Assembly: GCA_016184315.1 (NCBI GenBank)
Contig: JACPCU010000020.1
Span: 21,025-85,024, forward strand
Origin: Nitrososphaerota archaeon
Lineage (GTDB): Archaea; Thermoproteota; Nitrososphaeria; Nitrososphaerales; JACQRY01
Direction: 5' to 3'
DNA: 64,000 nucleotides
Shown here: piece after piece, positions 38,704-49,025 of the stretch
Numbering within the stretch: position 1 is the first letter of the stretch
Layout of the letters: every line of letters starts with the position of its first letter
Program-made: the position numbers and the translations under genes
The notes under the pieces: generated by a model
What the model saw: the letters and a program-made list of their open reading frames with translations, nothing else
What the model was told of the DNA's origin: nothing
The model's database searches: none

Positions 38704-39705
38704 ATGATACAAATAGACGCGGAAAGAATCTTCAAAGAGATCGAAGAAAAGAAACCCAAAAGAGTCACTCTGAATGCCCCTGACGGCATCCTAAAGGAAA
38801 CTCTCTCCATCGCCTCCCAAATAGGCGCCAAATACGGCATCGAAGCCATCCTGATGGGTGACTCCTGCTACGGCACCTGCGACACCACTGACGACGATGT
38901 GGCGAGGCTCGGCGCAGATATTGCGTTCAACATAGGTCACACGATCTCGCTTCAGAAACTAGGCAAGCACACAGTTCTCATAGATGCTTTCGATGACATG
39001 CCGTTTGACAAAGTATTAGGGAAGGCTCTGCCTACACTGAAGAGTTTCCAGAAGATCGGGGTGGTTACCTCAAGCCAGCACCTGCCTCAAGTAAGCAAGG
39101 CCAAAGCCTTCCTTGAGGAAAACGGGTTGACCCCTGTAATCGGAAAAGGCAAAGGCCAACTCCTAGATGGACAAGTGTTCGGATGCGAGTTTTACCCCGC
39201 TTTCAACATAAGAGAACAGGCTGATGCTTTCATATTTCTAGGTCAGAGCAGGTTCCACGCTCTAGGCGTAGCCCTGTCCACAGGTAAACCGACCTTCATG
39301 CTTGACCCCTACATGGAGGAAATAGTAGACATGGAGTCATCAGCAAGCGAACGGCAAAAGAAAGCAATCCTCAGAGTATACAAGGCTCTCGACGCGGAGA
39401 GAATAGGCATAATCATCGGTCTCAAAGAAGGGCAAATCATGGTGAGACGCTCCTTGGATCTCAAAAAGAAACTGGAATCCTTGGGGAAGAAAGTCGATCT
39501 AATAGCAATGAGGGAAGTTACAGACATGCGTCTAGCAGCCTTCAGAAACATAGACGCCTTCATCCAGACCGCCTGTCCACGCATATCTGTAGACGGGGAG
39601 ACCTTTGACAGACCAGTACTATCCTCCCCCCAAGCAGAAGCCCTCATCCTGCTCCTTGAAGGCAAGGATCTGGGGATGTTCCTGCAGAGAGGACACTGGC
39701 TGTAA
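38704..39705 (+). CDS. dph2: Diphthamide biosynthesis Dph2
   Basis: CYGTCD, GQVFGC, TACPR. Confidence 0.95.
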   Translation: MIQIDAERIFKEIEEKKPKRVTLNAPDGILKETLSIASQIGAKYGIEAILMGDSCYGTCDTTDDDVARLGADIAFNIGHTISLQKLGKHTVLIDAFDDMPFDKVLGKALPTLKSFQKIGVVTSSQHLPQVSKAKAFLEENGLTPVIGKGKGQLLDGQVFGCEFYPAFNIREQADAFIFLGQSRFHALGVALSTGKPTFMLDPYMEEIVDMESSASERQKKAILRVYKALDAERIGIIIGLKEGQIMVRRSLDLKKKLESLGKKVDLIAMREVTDMRLAAFRNIDAFIQTACPRISVDGETFDRPVLSSPQAEALILLLEGKDLGMFLQRGHWL

Positions 39706-39998
39706 GGAGGGTTCTGTTCTATTTCAGATGCTCCTAGAAAATCCAGACCCGGCCAGCCCACCCCTAACCGAAGACATCCATTATCCTCCTTCATTTATAT
39801 AACCCCCTAGGCTATTCTTACACCAGCGCAAACACCAACACACATCAATTATCAGACACTTGGTAGAAAACATATACGAAAACTAACTATAATCAACTGT
39901 CATCAACATGATTACGAAATCTACTACGACAACCAAAACCCCGAGGAGAACAAGATTCAAACAATTAATACTACCCATATTTACTGGGAAGATGGAAA

Positions 39999-40568
39999 TT
40001 GAGTTCGAAGACTGTTGTGCCGGGCGACAAGCTCGGCGTGATAGAGGAGTTTGAAGCTGGGGAAGGCGCTTTGACGCATGACGGCATAGTTAGAGCTGCT
40101 TCCGTCGGCCAAGTGAAGCTGGACCTGAAGAAACACGTTGTAGCCATAGGTAAAGTTAGGCAGGGCACGCTGATACCGGTTCCCGGAGACTCAATCATAG
40201 GCAAAGTTGAGTCAGCTCAAAGTTCAGCTGCAAACGTATTGATCCTTTCCGTCAACGATAAGACAAATCGCGGCGGTTTCACTGGCTTAGCCTTGTTCAA
40301 AATAGGTAGACCCATGGGGAGGGGCAGGCAGCGCAGAACCACTGCCTGTAAGACTGGAGACTTGGTTCGGGCTACAGTCATAAGTGACAAGAACACGATC
40401 ATACATATCTCTCTAGACGGCCCCAGAGACGGGGTTATCTACGCTGTGTGCAGCATATGCGGAGGCGCCCTCTTCAGAGCTAACAACAGCGCCAAATGCG
40501 ATACATGCGGCAACATAGAGGACAGGAAGCTAGCGCCAGACTTCGGAAACATGGATCTTAAACTTTAG
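39999..40568 (+). CDS. csl4: Exosome subunit Csl4
   Basis: VVPGDKLGVIEEF..GEG, S1 domain, C-terminal Zn ribbon. Confidence 0.93.
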   Translation: MSSKTVVPGDKLGVIEEFEAGEGALTHDGIVRAASVGQVKLDLKKHVVAIGKVRQGTLIPVPGDSIIGKVESAQSSAANVLILSVNDKTNRGGFTGLALFKIGRPMGRGRQRRTTACKTGDLVRATVISDKNTIIHISLDGPRDGVIYAVCSICGGALFRANNSAKCDTCGNIEDRKLAPDFGNMDLKL

Positions 40569-40636
40569 CATAACACCTAGGCTTCGGAAAGATTTTAGTC
40601 CAAGAGGTTAGGCGACTAAGGAGGCTAGCTGAGACC

Positions 40637-41563
40637 ATGGGCATGTCGTCAGATGAAGTCAAATACGTTTGGTTCAACGGTTCCTTCGTCCCTTACTCCG
40701 AGGCTAAAGTCCCTATCCTAACCCATGCTTTGCACTACGGCACGGGGGTCTTCGAAGGCATCAGAGCCTACCCGACTGACAACAATGTCTGCATCTTCCG
40801 ACTCAAAGAACATGTCGTAAGAATGCTTAACTCAGCTAAAGTCTACCAGTTCAAAACACAGTATACCGAAGAAGAGCTGAGCGGAGCCACCGTAGAGCTT
40901 CTCAGGAAGAACCAGATAAAGGGCTCAGCCTACATAAGACCCATCATATTCGTCGGAGCAAGACCCGGCGGCATAGAATTGGGCTACTCAGGGTTCCCCG
41001 TCTGGGCAGCCATAGTGGTCTTCCCGTTCAAAGCCTACTTCGACAAGGCTGAGCTAAGAGTATGCGTCTCCCAGTGGAGAAGAATATCGGAGCAGTCTTT
41101 GGCGCCCCAAGTGAAGGCTTGCGCCAACTACCTTAACTCCGCCATAGCCAAATTCGAAGCCAAAGCCAACGGCTATGATGAAGCCATCCTGCTGGACAAC
41201 ACCGGCTCAGTAAGCGAAGGCTCAGGAGAAAACATCTTCATCGTGAGGAACGGCAAGCTCTACACTCCGCCAATAGCGTCAGGAATCCTTGAAGGCATCA
41301 CTAGGGATAGCGTGTTTCACATCGCGAAGGATCTGAATATTGAGCTGACTGAGAGAGGAGTCGCCAGGGCTGAGCTATACACCTGCGACGAACTGTTCTT
41401 CACAGGAACAGCTGCAGGAGTAACCCCCATACTAGAGGTTGACAAACGACCAGTAGGCAACGGCGAAGTAGGTCCAGTCACAAAACTGATCAAAGAAGAA
41501 TACAACAAAATCGTCAACGGAAAATCCAAGAAATACGCCCAGTGGTTGACACCCATATACTAA
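40637..41563 (+). CDS. ilvE: Branched-chain amino acid aminotransferase
   Basis: LHYGTGVFEGIRAY, EGSGENIF, LEGITR, TGTAA. Confidence 0.96.
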   Translation: MGMSSDEVKYVWFNGSFVPYSEAKVPILTHALHYGTGVFEGIRAYPTDNNVCIFRLKEHVVRMLNSAKVYQFKTQYTEEELSGATVELLRKNQIKGSAYIRPIIFVGARPGGIELGYSGFPVWAAIVVFPFKAYFDKAELRVCVSQWRRISEQSLAPQVKACANYLNSAIAKFEAKANGYDEAILLDNTGSVSEGSGENIFIVRNGKLYTPPIASGILEGITRDSVFHIAKDLNIELTERGVARAELYTCDELFFTGTAAGVTPILEVDKRPVGNGEVGPVTKLIKEEYNKIVNGKSKKYAQWLTPIY

Positions 41564-41580
41564 CAGGCCAAGGTAACCGA

Positions 41581-42414
41581 TTGCCACGTAAAGACAACCG
41601 AGGAAAAATAGCTTTTCAAGGCGAAAGAGGAGCCTACAGCGAGGCTGCAGCCTACAAATACTTCGGCCCATCCACAGAACTGCTCCCCCTAAGAACCCTC
41701 TCAGAAGTATTCCACGCAGTAGAAGAAAGAGAAGTAAGATCAGCCATAGTTCCCGTTGAAAACTCCTTGGAAGGCAGCGTAAGCGAAACCTACGACCTGC
41801 TCCGCACCACCAACGTCAAGGTAAGAGGAGAAGTAAACCTCAGGATCGTCCACTGCCTCATCGCCAGACCAAACGTAGCACTCAAAGACGTCAAGATCGT
41901 CTACTCACACCCCCAAGCCCTAGGACAGACAAGGCAGTTCATCGAGAAGCGCCACCTGACCCCCCAGCCCACCTACGACACAGCAGGCAGCGTAATGATG
42001 CTCAAAGAAGCCTCCAAATCAGTAGCCGCCATAGCCAGCGCCCACGCAGCCGAAATCTACGGTATGAAAGTCCTGAAAAAAGGCATAGAGGACAACCACA
42101 ACAACTACACTCGTTTCTTCATCCTCTCGCTAAGAGACGCCCCGAAAACAGGCAGCGACAAAACCTCCATAATCTTCTCAGCTAAACACATCCCCGGCTC
42201 ACTATACCGCATACTAGGAGAATTCGCCAAACGAAACCTGAACCTCACAAAGATAGAGTCACGACCCACTCGCAGAACACCATGGGAATACAACTTCTAC
42301 CTCGACTTCGAAGGCCACAGAACAGACAAGAAATGCGTCGATGCACTAAAACAAGTTCAGAAAAAGACCGTCTTTCTAAAAGTCATCGGCTCCTACCCAA
42401 AAGCCGAACTCTAA
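41581..42414 (+). CDS. pheA: Prephenate dehydratase with ACT domain (TTG start inferred)
   Basis: QGERGAYS, PVENS.EG, SHPQAL, NYTRF, LTKIESRP. Confidence 0.95.
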   Translation: MPRKDNRGKIAFQGERGAYSEAAAYKYFGPSTELLPLRTLSEVFHAVEEREVRSAIVPVENSLEGSVSETYDLLRTTNVKVRGEVNLRIVHCLIARPNVALKDVKIVYSHPQALGQTRQFIEKRHLTPQPTYDTAGSVMMLKEASKSVAAIASAHAAEIYGMKVLKKGIEDNHNNYTRFFILSLRDAPKTGSDKTSIIFSAKHIPGSLYRILGEFAKRNLNLTKIESRPTRRTPWEYNFYLDFEGHRTDKKCVDALKQVQKKTVFLKVIGSYPKAEL

Positions 42415-42531
42415 ACACACCCCATCCCAACCTGTCTTCGTGTTACCCCCTTAACGTATTCTGCACAAACATATGCAAACAGCAACCGTTGAAACTTAAC
42501 GATTAAAGATAACCCCAGTGAAGACGGCTTT

Positions 42532-42948
42532 ATGGCCAAATGGCTATTCAAAGAAGAACCAACGCACTACTCCTTCAATCAACTACAGAAAGATGGGAAA
42601 ACCATGTGGGACGGAGTCGAAAACAACCTCGCCCTGAAGAATATCAGAAGCGTGAAGAAAGGCGACCAAGCGTTATACTACCATACGGGAGACGAAAAAG
42701 CCGTCGTAGGCATAATGAAAGTCGTATCAGACTCCTACCCAGATCCAAAGAAACATGACCCCAAGCTCGCAGTAGTGGATGTTCAGCCAGAAAAAAATCT
42801 GAAACGACCTGTAACATTAAGGGAGATCAAAGCTAACCCTAAGCTTAAGAGCATAGACCTGGTAAGACTACCAAGGTTATCCGTGATGCCCATTACAGAA
42901 GACGCGTGGAATGAGATTCTGGCCATGACTGAGAAGCCAATTCGATGA
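42532..42948 (+). CDS. EVE-domain protein
   Basis: WLFKEEP..YS, WDGV.N, GD.A.YYH.G, RLSVMP. Confidence 0.92.
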   Translation: MAKWLFKEEPTHYSFNQLQKDGKTMWDGVENNLALKNIRSVKKGDQALYYHTGDEKAVVGIMKVVSDSYPDPKKHDPKLAVVDVQPEKNLKRPVTLREIKANPKLKSIDLVRLPRLSVMPITEDAWNEILAMTEKPIR

Positions 42949-42965
42949 TCGGGAAGTGAATCTGG

Positions 42966-43349
42966 TTGAACCCTTGGTTGAAAAGACGATGGTGGGAACT
43001 CAGAGTAGGACACGGCAGCTACTTGGTCTTCGCCTTAACTTTCGTCAACTTCGTCCTGATCGCATACCGTCTGCTAATCGAACAGGTACCCCAATTAAAC
43101 GCCGTATTTCCACACCTTTGGCTCTTCGCCATAATCTTCCTCATAGTTTACGCACCTGCAGCAGTGCTAATAGGACACTGGCACAAGAAGTCTCAGCTCC
43201 CCACCGAGCAGGACATAGGCTTCCTATCCAGTCCCTTATGGGCCAGGCTCTACCGGCTTCAGCTGCAAGTCATGCAGGGCACAGCAAGCAAAGAAGAAGT
43301 CGAACAGATGATGCAGATTCTCAGAAAAGCTGAGAAAGCAGGCACATAA
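42966..43349 (+). CDS. Hypothetical 2-TM membrane protein
   Basis: WWELRVGHGSYLVFALTFVNF...IGHWHKK.Q; two hydrophobic helices. Confidence 0.7.
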   Translation: MNPWLKRRWWELRVGHGSYLVFALTFVNFVLIAYRLLIEQVPQLNAVFPHLWLFAIIFLIVYAPAAVLIGHWHKKSQLPTEQDIGFLSSPLWARLYRLQLQVMQGTASKEEVEQMMQILRKAEKAGT

Positions 43350-43411
43350 CAAATCACCATGTTCTGGGAAAGAGTATAACTACTGTCAACCAAGAAAAGT
43401 GTATAGTATCT

Positions 43412-45232
43412 ATGTGTGGAATAGGCGGCTGCCTAGGTGAACAAGCAACCCCCGACCAAATGAAAAAGATGTCAGTGCTCATCAAACACAGGGGGCCAGA
43501 CGACTATGGAGAATTCACAGACAAAGAAATAGCCCTATTCAACAACAGGCTCAGCATCATAGACATAGAAGGCGGCCGTCAACCCATATTCAACGAAGAC
43601 GGAAACGTAGTGGTAGTCTACAACGGAGAGATATACAACTTCCCTGAACTAAGACAAGAATTAGAAAAAAAAGGGCATCACTTCAAAACCCGAACCGACA
43701 CCGAAGTCATAGCCCACGGATACGAAGAATACGGTACATCAATCTTCCCCAAGCTCAACGGCATGTTCGCCATAGCCCTCTGGGACAGAAAACAGAAGAG
43801 ACTATTACTCGTAAGGGACAGAGTAGGGATCAAACCTCTCTACTACTCAAAGATGAAGGACAACCTCGTTTTCTGCAGTGAAATGAAGGGCATTCTAGCC
43901 CACCATGAGATCTCGCCATCTGTGAACAAGTACGCTCTTTACTGTCTGATCAGCCTAAACTACATCCCCTTCGAACATACGCTTCTCAAAGACGTACTCA
44001 AGGTTCCGCCAGGACACTACTTCGACTCGCTGAACGGAGTGACCCGATACTGGACTCCCCCAGCATTAGATGAAGCCCATTCTCCCAATATGGAGACGAT
44101 TAGAAGAGCAGTCGAGGAGTCTGTGAAAAGACAGCTCATTTCAGACGTCCCAGTCGGCTCTTTCCTATCGGGCGGCTTGGACACCAGCACCATTGTAGCT
44201 TTTGCATCAAAGCACTACCAAGGAAAACTCAAGACCTTCTGCATGGGCTTCGGCCACGAAGATGACGAACTTGAAGATGCGAAGCTAGTAGCTGAACACT
44301 TCGGCACAGACCATTACAGCATGACCATCACCGACAAGGCTGCCCTAGACCTATACCCAAAGATGATATGGCACTCAGAGCAGCCTAAACTCAACACCTA
44401 CAGCTGGTTCGTCAATGAGTTTGCCAGCAAGCATGTCAAGGTGTGTCTTAGTGGGCTCGGAGGAGACGAGCTCTTCTTCGGCTACCCGACGTCAAGCAGA
44501 TTCACAGGCTTCAAAAGAGCCCAACAATTGATGAATCTTCCCGGTTCATCTCTTCTAGCCGTATTTGCAAGTGGCAGGAGAAGACAGATACTGTCCAACA
44601 TAAGAAAGCGGTCAGACACCTACCTGTCTATTGTATCACCAGTTTATGGTCGCAACGATCATCAATACTTCTCCTCCCCTAAGGAAGAAGTAGAAGCCTA
44701 TCGCGGAAACCTTACCGGCAAAGTCAACCAGTTTTTCCAGTCAGAAGCAAGTTTTGTTCAACAGGCCTACAACGCAGAGTTCTTCACTAAACTGCCCGAT
44801 GACTTCCTTTCAGTGGAGGATGCCATGAGCATGGCACAGTCATTGGAGAACAGGGTTCCTCTTTTGGATAATGATCTCCTCGACACCATGCTTCCAGTTC
44901 CATACGCCAGTAACTATTCGGGTGGAGTAGGCAAGGTCTTGCTTAGGCAAGCAGTAAAAGATGTTTTGCCCAGAAGATGTCTGGAGAAGCCCAAGCAAGG
45001 CTTCAGCCTAAACATAGTGGAGTGGTGGAAGACAGAACTGGGAGAAGAAATAAGGAGAATAATCCCAGAGTCTAAAGCTGTCAAGAAATTCTTTAGCGTA
45101 GAGAAGCTAAAGCAGATGATCCCACAAGCCCACGAGTCCTATGGCCAGGTATCCATCCTGTGGCACGTGTATGCTTTCCACATTTGGCATGACCTTTTCA
45201 TTGATAAGGAACAACATAGATTAGGTAACTGA
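43412..45232 (+). CDS. Asparagine synthase-like glutamine amidotransferase (probably glycan amidation)
   Basis: MCGI, HRGPD, NGEIYN, LSGGLD, GLGGDELF, ENRVP. Confidence 0.93.
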   Translation: MCGIGGCLGEQATPDQMKKMSVLIKHRGPDDYGEFTDKEIALFNNRLSIIDIEGGRQPIFNEDGNVVVVYNGEIYNFPELRQELEKKGHHFKTRTDTEVIAHGYEEYGTSIFPKLNGMFAIALWDRKQKRLLLVRDRVGIKPLYYSKMKDNLVFCSEMKGILAHHEISPSVNKYALYCLISLNYIPFEHTLLKDVLKVPPGHYFDSLNGVTRYWTPPALDEAHSPNMETIRRAVEESVKRQLISDVPVGSFLSGGLDTSTIVAFASKHYQGKLKTFCMGFGHEDDELEDAKLVAEHFGTDHYSMTITDKAALDLYPKMIWHSEQPKLNTYSWFVNEFASKHVKVCLSGLGGDELFFGYPTSSRFTGFKRAQQLMNLPGSSLLAVFASGRRRQILSNIRKRSDTYLSIVSPVYGRNDHQYFSSPKEEVEAYRGNLTGKVNQFFQSEASFVQQAYNAEFFTKLPDDFLSVEDAMSMAQSLENRVPLLDNDLLDTMLPVPYASNYSGGVGKVLLRQAVKDVLPRRCLEKPKQGFSLNIVEWWKTELGEEIRRIIPESKAVKKFFSVEKLKQMIPQAHESYGQVSILWHVYAFHIWHDLFIDKEQHRLGN

Positions 45233-45256
45233 CCACACTAGATAGGGTAATCAAAC

Positions 45257-45922
45257 ATGGTGGAATTCGACTATCAGTGGAAACACCTACCGAGCAAGAA
45301 TATAGAATACAATCAGGAAAGAGTCAAGGAACTGCTTAGTTTCACAGGTTTGGAGAAGTCTTTCTTCCAAGGCAAGAAATGTCTAGACTGCGGCTGCGGC
45401 AACGGCAGATACACATACGCCTTACTCCAACTCGGGGCATCACATGTTGACAGTTTCGATGTGAGTGAAAGAGCAGTCGAAGCATGCAGAAAGATTAACG
45501 ACAACGCGTACGTAGGTGATCTGATGCGCCTAGAACCTACCAAGGCTTATGGTTTTGTTCTCTGCTGGGGTGTTCTTCATCACACAAGTGATCCTCGGGT
45601 TGCGTTCAACAAGGTTTCCGCACAGGTCACGCCGAACGGCATACTGCACGTCATGCTGTACCACAAAGATACGCAGGGCATCTATAAGAAACATAGGCAG
45701 AAGTGGAAGACCCTGACAGAGGAAGAGCGGGTCAACTACGTAAGACGACTAGCTGAGGAACGCGGCGGGGATGCCCATGGTTGGTACGACGCCCTCAATC
45801 CCGAATACAACTGGTCATTCAGCGAAAAAGAAATAATTTGTTGGTTCAAAGAGGAAGACTTCGCCAATATAAGGCTAATCACAAAGCACAACATCAACGT
45901 CAATGGTGTAAAACAACAATAA
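45257..45922 (+). CDS. Class I SAM methyltransferase
   Basis: LDCGCGNGRY, WGVLHHT.DP. Confidence 0.9.
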   Translation: MVEFDYQWKHLPSKNIEYNQERVKELLSFTGLEKSFFQGKKCLDCGCGNGRYTYALLQLGASHVDSFDVSERAVEACRKINDNAYVGDLMRLEPTKAYGFVLCWGVLHHTSDPRVAFNKVSAQVTPNGILHVMLYHKDTQGIYKKHRQKWKTLTEEERVNYVRRLAEERGGDAHGWYDALNPEYNWSFSEKEIICWFKEEDFANIRLITKHNINVNGVKQQ

Positions 45923-45947
45923 AGTATTCCAGCCGCTCGCTGCACAT

Positions 45948-46814
45948 CTAGTTCTGATTAGAACGTTTTGAAACTCTGCCTAGCAGAACAGTCATCAGCC
46001 TCCTCCTCTGAGTCCTAGCTACAAATGCCCGGAACTCGGGTGCAAAAGGCTTGTAAAACCCGTTATTCGGTCGGTCGACAAATCCCCTGAAATACTGCAT
46101 CAATATTCTAATTATAGATCTACGCGGAATGTCACCCACCGCCAAGTTCTTCACCCATCGAGCCACAAAGAAAACCGGATCATAGCCCAAGGTATGTCCC
46201 ATATGCCCCCATTCAACAAACCTATGGCTACCCACACCAAAGCTAGCAAGATGATCGTAACTTAAATCGCTGTAGCAAGCCACCCTTAAGCCTCTGCGGA
46301 GAGCCTCGTAAACCAGCCACGACTCGTATCCGCATTGCTCTGGGAACTGGTTGCCTATTAAACGGAGAAGTCTGTGTGAGACCATCCTTCCTGACCCCTC
46401 GGGAGGCTTCCATCCGTCCGGAGGATACTTGAGGCCACGTGAACCGCTTGCAACATCAACGTTTCCAGAAGCCATCTTGGTGATAAGCTGTTCAGCATAG
46501 TCATGTGGATAGCTGCAGTCATCTCCGCTGATCAGAACAAAGTCCGATGAGTCGATAAAGCTATTCTTGATTGCGAAGCTTAGACACGCGTTCCAGTTCT
46601 TTACTACCCTGCGAATATCGTATCCTTCATCTTCTCTGCGGAGCACGGTTAGGGGGACACTCTGGCTTCTAACAGGGTCAGCAGGGGGGTTGCTGCCATC
46701 GTCGAATATGATTATGTGTCGGGGAGGAACACTCTGTGCGTAAAGTGACTGCAGAGACGAATCTAGTATCTTGGCGCGGTTCCGTGTAGTCATAATCACC
46801 CAGTAATTTTTCAA
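45948..46814 (-). CDS. GT2/GT-A glycosyltransferase
   Basis: MTTRNR..IL..SL.SL..Q, FDDGS, SGDD. Confidence 0.85.
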   Translation of the reverse strand: MKNYWVIMTTRNRAKILDSSLQSLYAQSVPPRHIIIFDDGSNPPADPVRSQSVPLTVLRREDEGYDIRRVVKNWNACLSFAIKNSFIDSSDFVLISGDDCSYPHDYAEQLITKMASGNVDVASGSRGLKYPPDGWKPPEGSGRMVSHRLLRLIGNQFPEQCGYESWLVYEALRRGLRVACYSDLSYDHLASFGVGSHRFVEWGHMGHTLGYDPVFFVARWVKNLAVGDIPRRSIIRILMQYFRGFVDRPNNGFYKPFAPEFRAFVARTQRRRLMTVLLGRVSKRSNQN

Positions 46815-46836
46815 CTAGATTCGAATCCCATTGATG

Positions 46837-47778
46837 TTAACTTGATTGGGTCTTCATCCAGTCGACTACGCTCTTTAACCCTTCTTCTAAGGTTACTTTC
46901 GGCTGCCAACCTAGCATCTTCTTTGCCCTATTGTTGTCCAAGAGCATCCTTCGGATTTCACCTGGCTTGGCCTCGGATCGACGTGGCTTGATCTCTGTTT
47001 TGAGTATCTTGGATAGGGTGTTGTACAGATGGTTGACGGATGTTTCAGTGTTGGTGGAGAGAATGATAGGTCTACTATCTGTCCGAGTACTCATGGCTGT
47101 GATTAAAGCGTCTACGATGTCAGAGACGTAGATGAAATCTCTTGTGGATTCACCGTCACCCCAAATCTCAGATGCTTCGTTTCTCAACAGTTTCTCCGTG
47201 AATTCAGCGATAACAGGCTTCCAGTTGGATGTGGATCGTTGACGGGGCCCGTAGACGGTTGCGAAGCGGAAGATGGTGCAGGGGACTCCGAATGTCTTGC
47301 TGTAGACTCTGATCTCGTTTTCGGAAGCCAGTTTGTGAACATCATAGGGAGTTGCTGGGTCATCGGGGAAGCCTTCGTCTATGGGAAGGCGGCCTTCTCC
47401 GATGCCGTATATCCCTGAGTTACTAGAGTAGATCACCTTGGCCTTGTTCTGTTTGGCCAGCTCCAAGATGGAGATGGTGCTCTTCTGGTTCACGTCAAGG
47501 TCCCGCCAAGGGTCTGCGAAACTGTTTTGCCTAGGATGACATGCCAAATGGTAGATAACATCTGGGATAGAAGATGCTAGATGTTTACGCACATTCTCAT
47601 AGCTTGACGCTAGGTCTATGTTAACCAGCTTCACCTTATTTTTTGCTTGGATTAGATTACTTTCTCTGCCTGTCGATAAATTGTCGACTATTGCAACCTT
47701 GTGTCCTAAGGCGATGAGCTGATCAACTAGATGGGAGCCTATGAACCCTGCGCCACCTGTAACTAGAATGTTCTTCAT
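46837..47778 (-). CDS. NAD-dependent sugar epimerase/dehydratase
   Basis: VTGGAGFIGSH, YDVHK (YxxxK), VYGPRQ, TRDFIYV. Confidence 0.95.
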   Translation of the reverse strand: MKNILVTGGAGFIGSHLVDQLIALGHKVAIVDNLSTGRESNLIQAKNKVKLVNIDLASSYENVRKHLASSIPDVIYHLACHPRQNSFADPWRDLDVNQKSTISILELAKQNKAKVIYSSNSGIYGIGEGRLPIDEGFPDDPATPYDVHKLASENEIRVYSKTFGVPCTIFRFATVYGPRQRSTSNWKPVIAEFTEKLLRNEASEIWGDGESTRDFIYVSDIVDALITAMSTRTDSRPIILSTNTETSVNHLYNTLSKILKTEIKPRRSEAKPGEIRRMLLDNNRAKKMLGWQPKVTLEEGLKSVVDWMKTQSS

Positions 47779-48753
47779 CGTTTGCCTCCAGCGACTTCCT
47801 CAGCAACTATCATATGAGTCTTAACAACCTTCTCTGCACTGTGATGCTTCAAGACATATTCTCTACTCAATTTACCCAACTGCTGACGATAAGAAGCATC
47901 CCGCAGCCTCACCATAGCATCATAGATCTGCTCAGAGTTGCACGCGTTTACTGTAGGCGCAGCCTCACCATAGCATTTCTCATGCCACTGGGACAGATAG
48001 ATTACGTACGAACTTCACAGAGTGAATCTGAAGTTCATGGACAAGGGTCTTGCTTCTCTCTACGTCAAGCCCCCATTCCGCCAGTATCAGAGTGGTGTCG
48101 TTGAATTCCTTATCATATTTTGCATACGCCTTAAGCAAAACATCATTGCCTTTCTCAGACCATTTGTGCCTAGCAGGGGCAAAGAACACCAAGCCATCAT
48201 GTTGCCGCCTTATCTCAACAGGCTTGTATCTCTCGGTATCGATGAAGAAGGGGACGAACCTTAGTCTAGATTCATCTATACCTGCAAGCCTGAAGAAGGG
48301 CGTTGTATCAGGATTAGTATAGAGAACTCGTTTAGCACGTCTATAGCTTAGGAGCAACATATGCAACCGTATATCCGAATAAATCTTCTTGGGGTAGATC
48401 TGCATTCTCTTCGAATGGGGCAGATAACGTATGAGACCTGCATCATAAGGTACATACGCTCTGTGTACAAACTGGGCGTATAGGGAAGAAGGAACATGGC
48501 AAAAGACTACGTCATACTTATTCATCAAGCTCATTATCTTGAGAACATTAATCTTGTCGCTGACGAATCTATCTTTCTTGAAGGTCTTGATCCATGACGA
48601 TTTAGACGCTTCAGGGTCTTCCCATCTGGGATCTGAGAACTTGGCCGCCTTATCGCTGAAGACCAGCAAATCGGCTTCTATTCCCATATGTCTCATGGCT
48701 TTGGTGACATGGTAGGCATCTTGCGCCATGTTGAAAGCGTTAAGAATCTTCAT
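47775..48753 (-). pseudogene. GT4/GT-B glycosyltransferase with internal deletion and frameshift
   Basis: ORF stops at 47980; another frame continues VIYLSQW...QIYDAMVRL.D..YRQQLG..SREYV..HH to TGA overlapping epimerase ATG; EX7E segment absent. Confidence 0.8.
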
Positions 48754-49025
48754 TACAGAGCTGGGTAATCGTTAGGGTTCAATGATAAATCTCTTCCCAA
48801 CAGAATTAGACTAGTTATTGATGGGATGGCATTGCTAGGAAATAACACCTAGCAAAATCTTCATGGCTTAGACAGAATAAAGAGACACAGTATCATACAC
48901 AGATGAACTACAAAGATAATAGGCTCTATGAGGATGCAGATCCTTAATGGGTTTCTTTACTGCGAAAAGAAGAATGCTAATGCAGAAGCAAAATCTGGGC
49001 GCGTCATAAGCCAGGGGCAGTCAAA

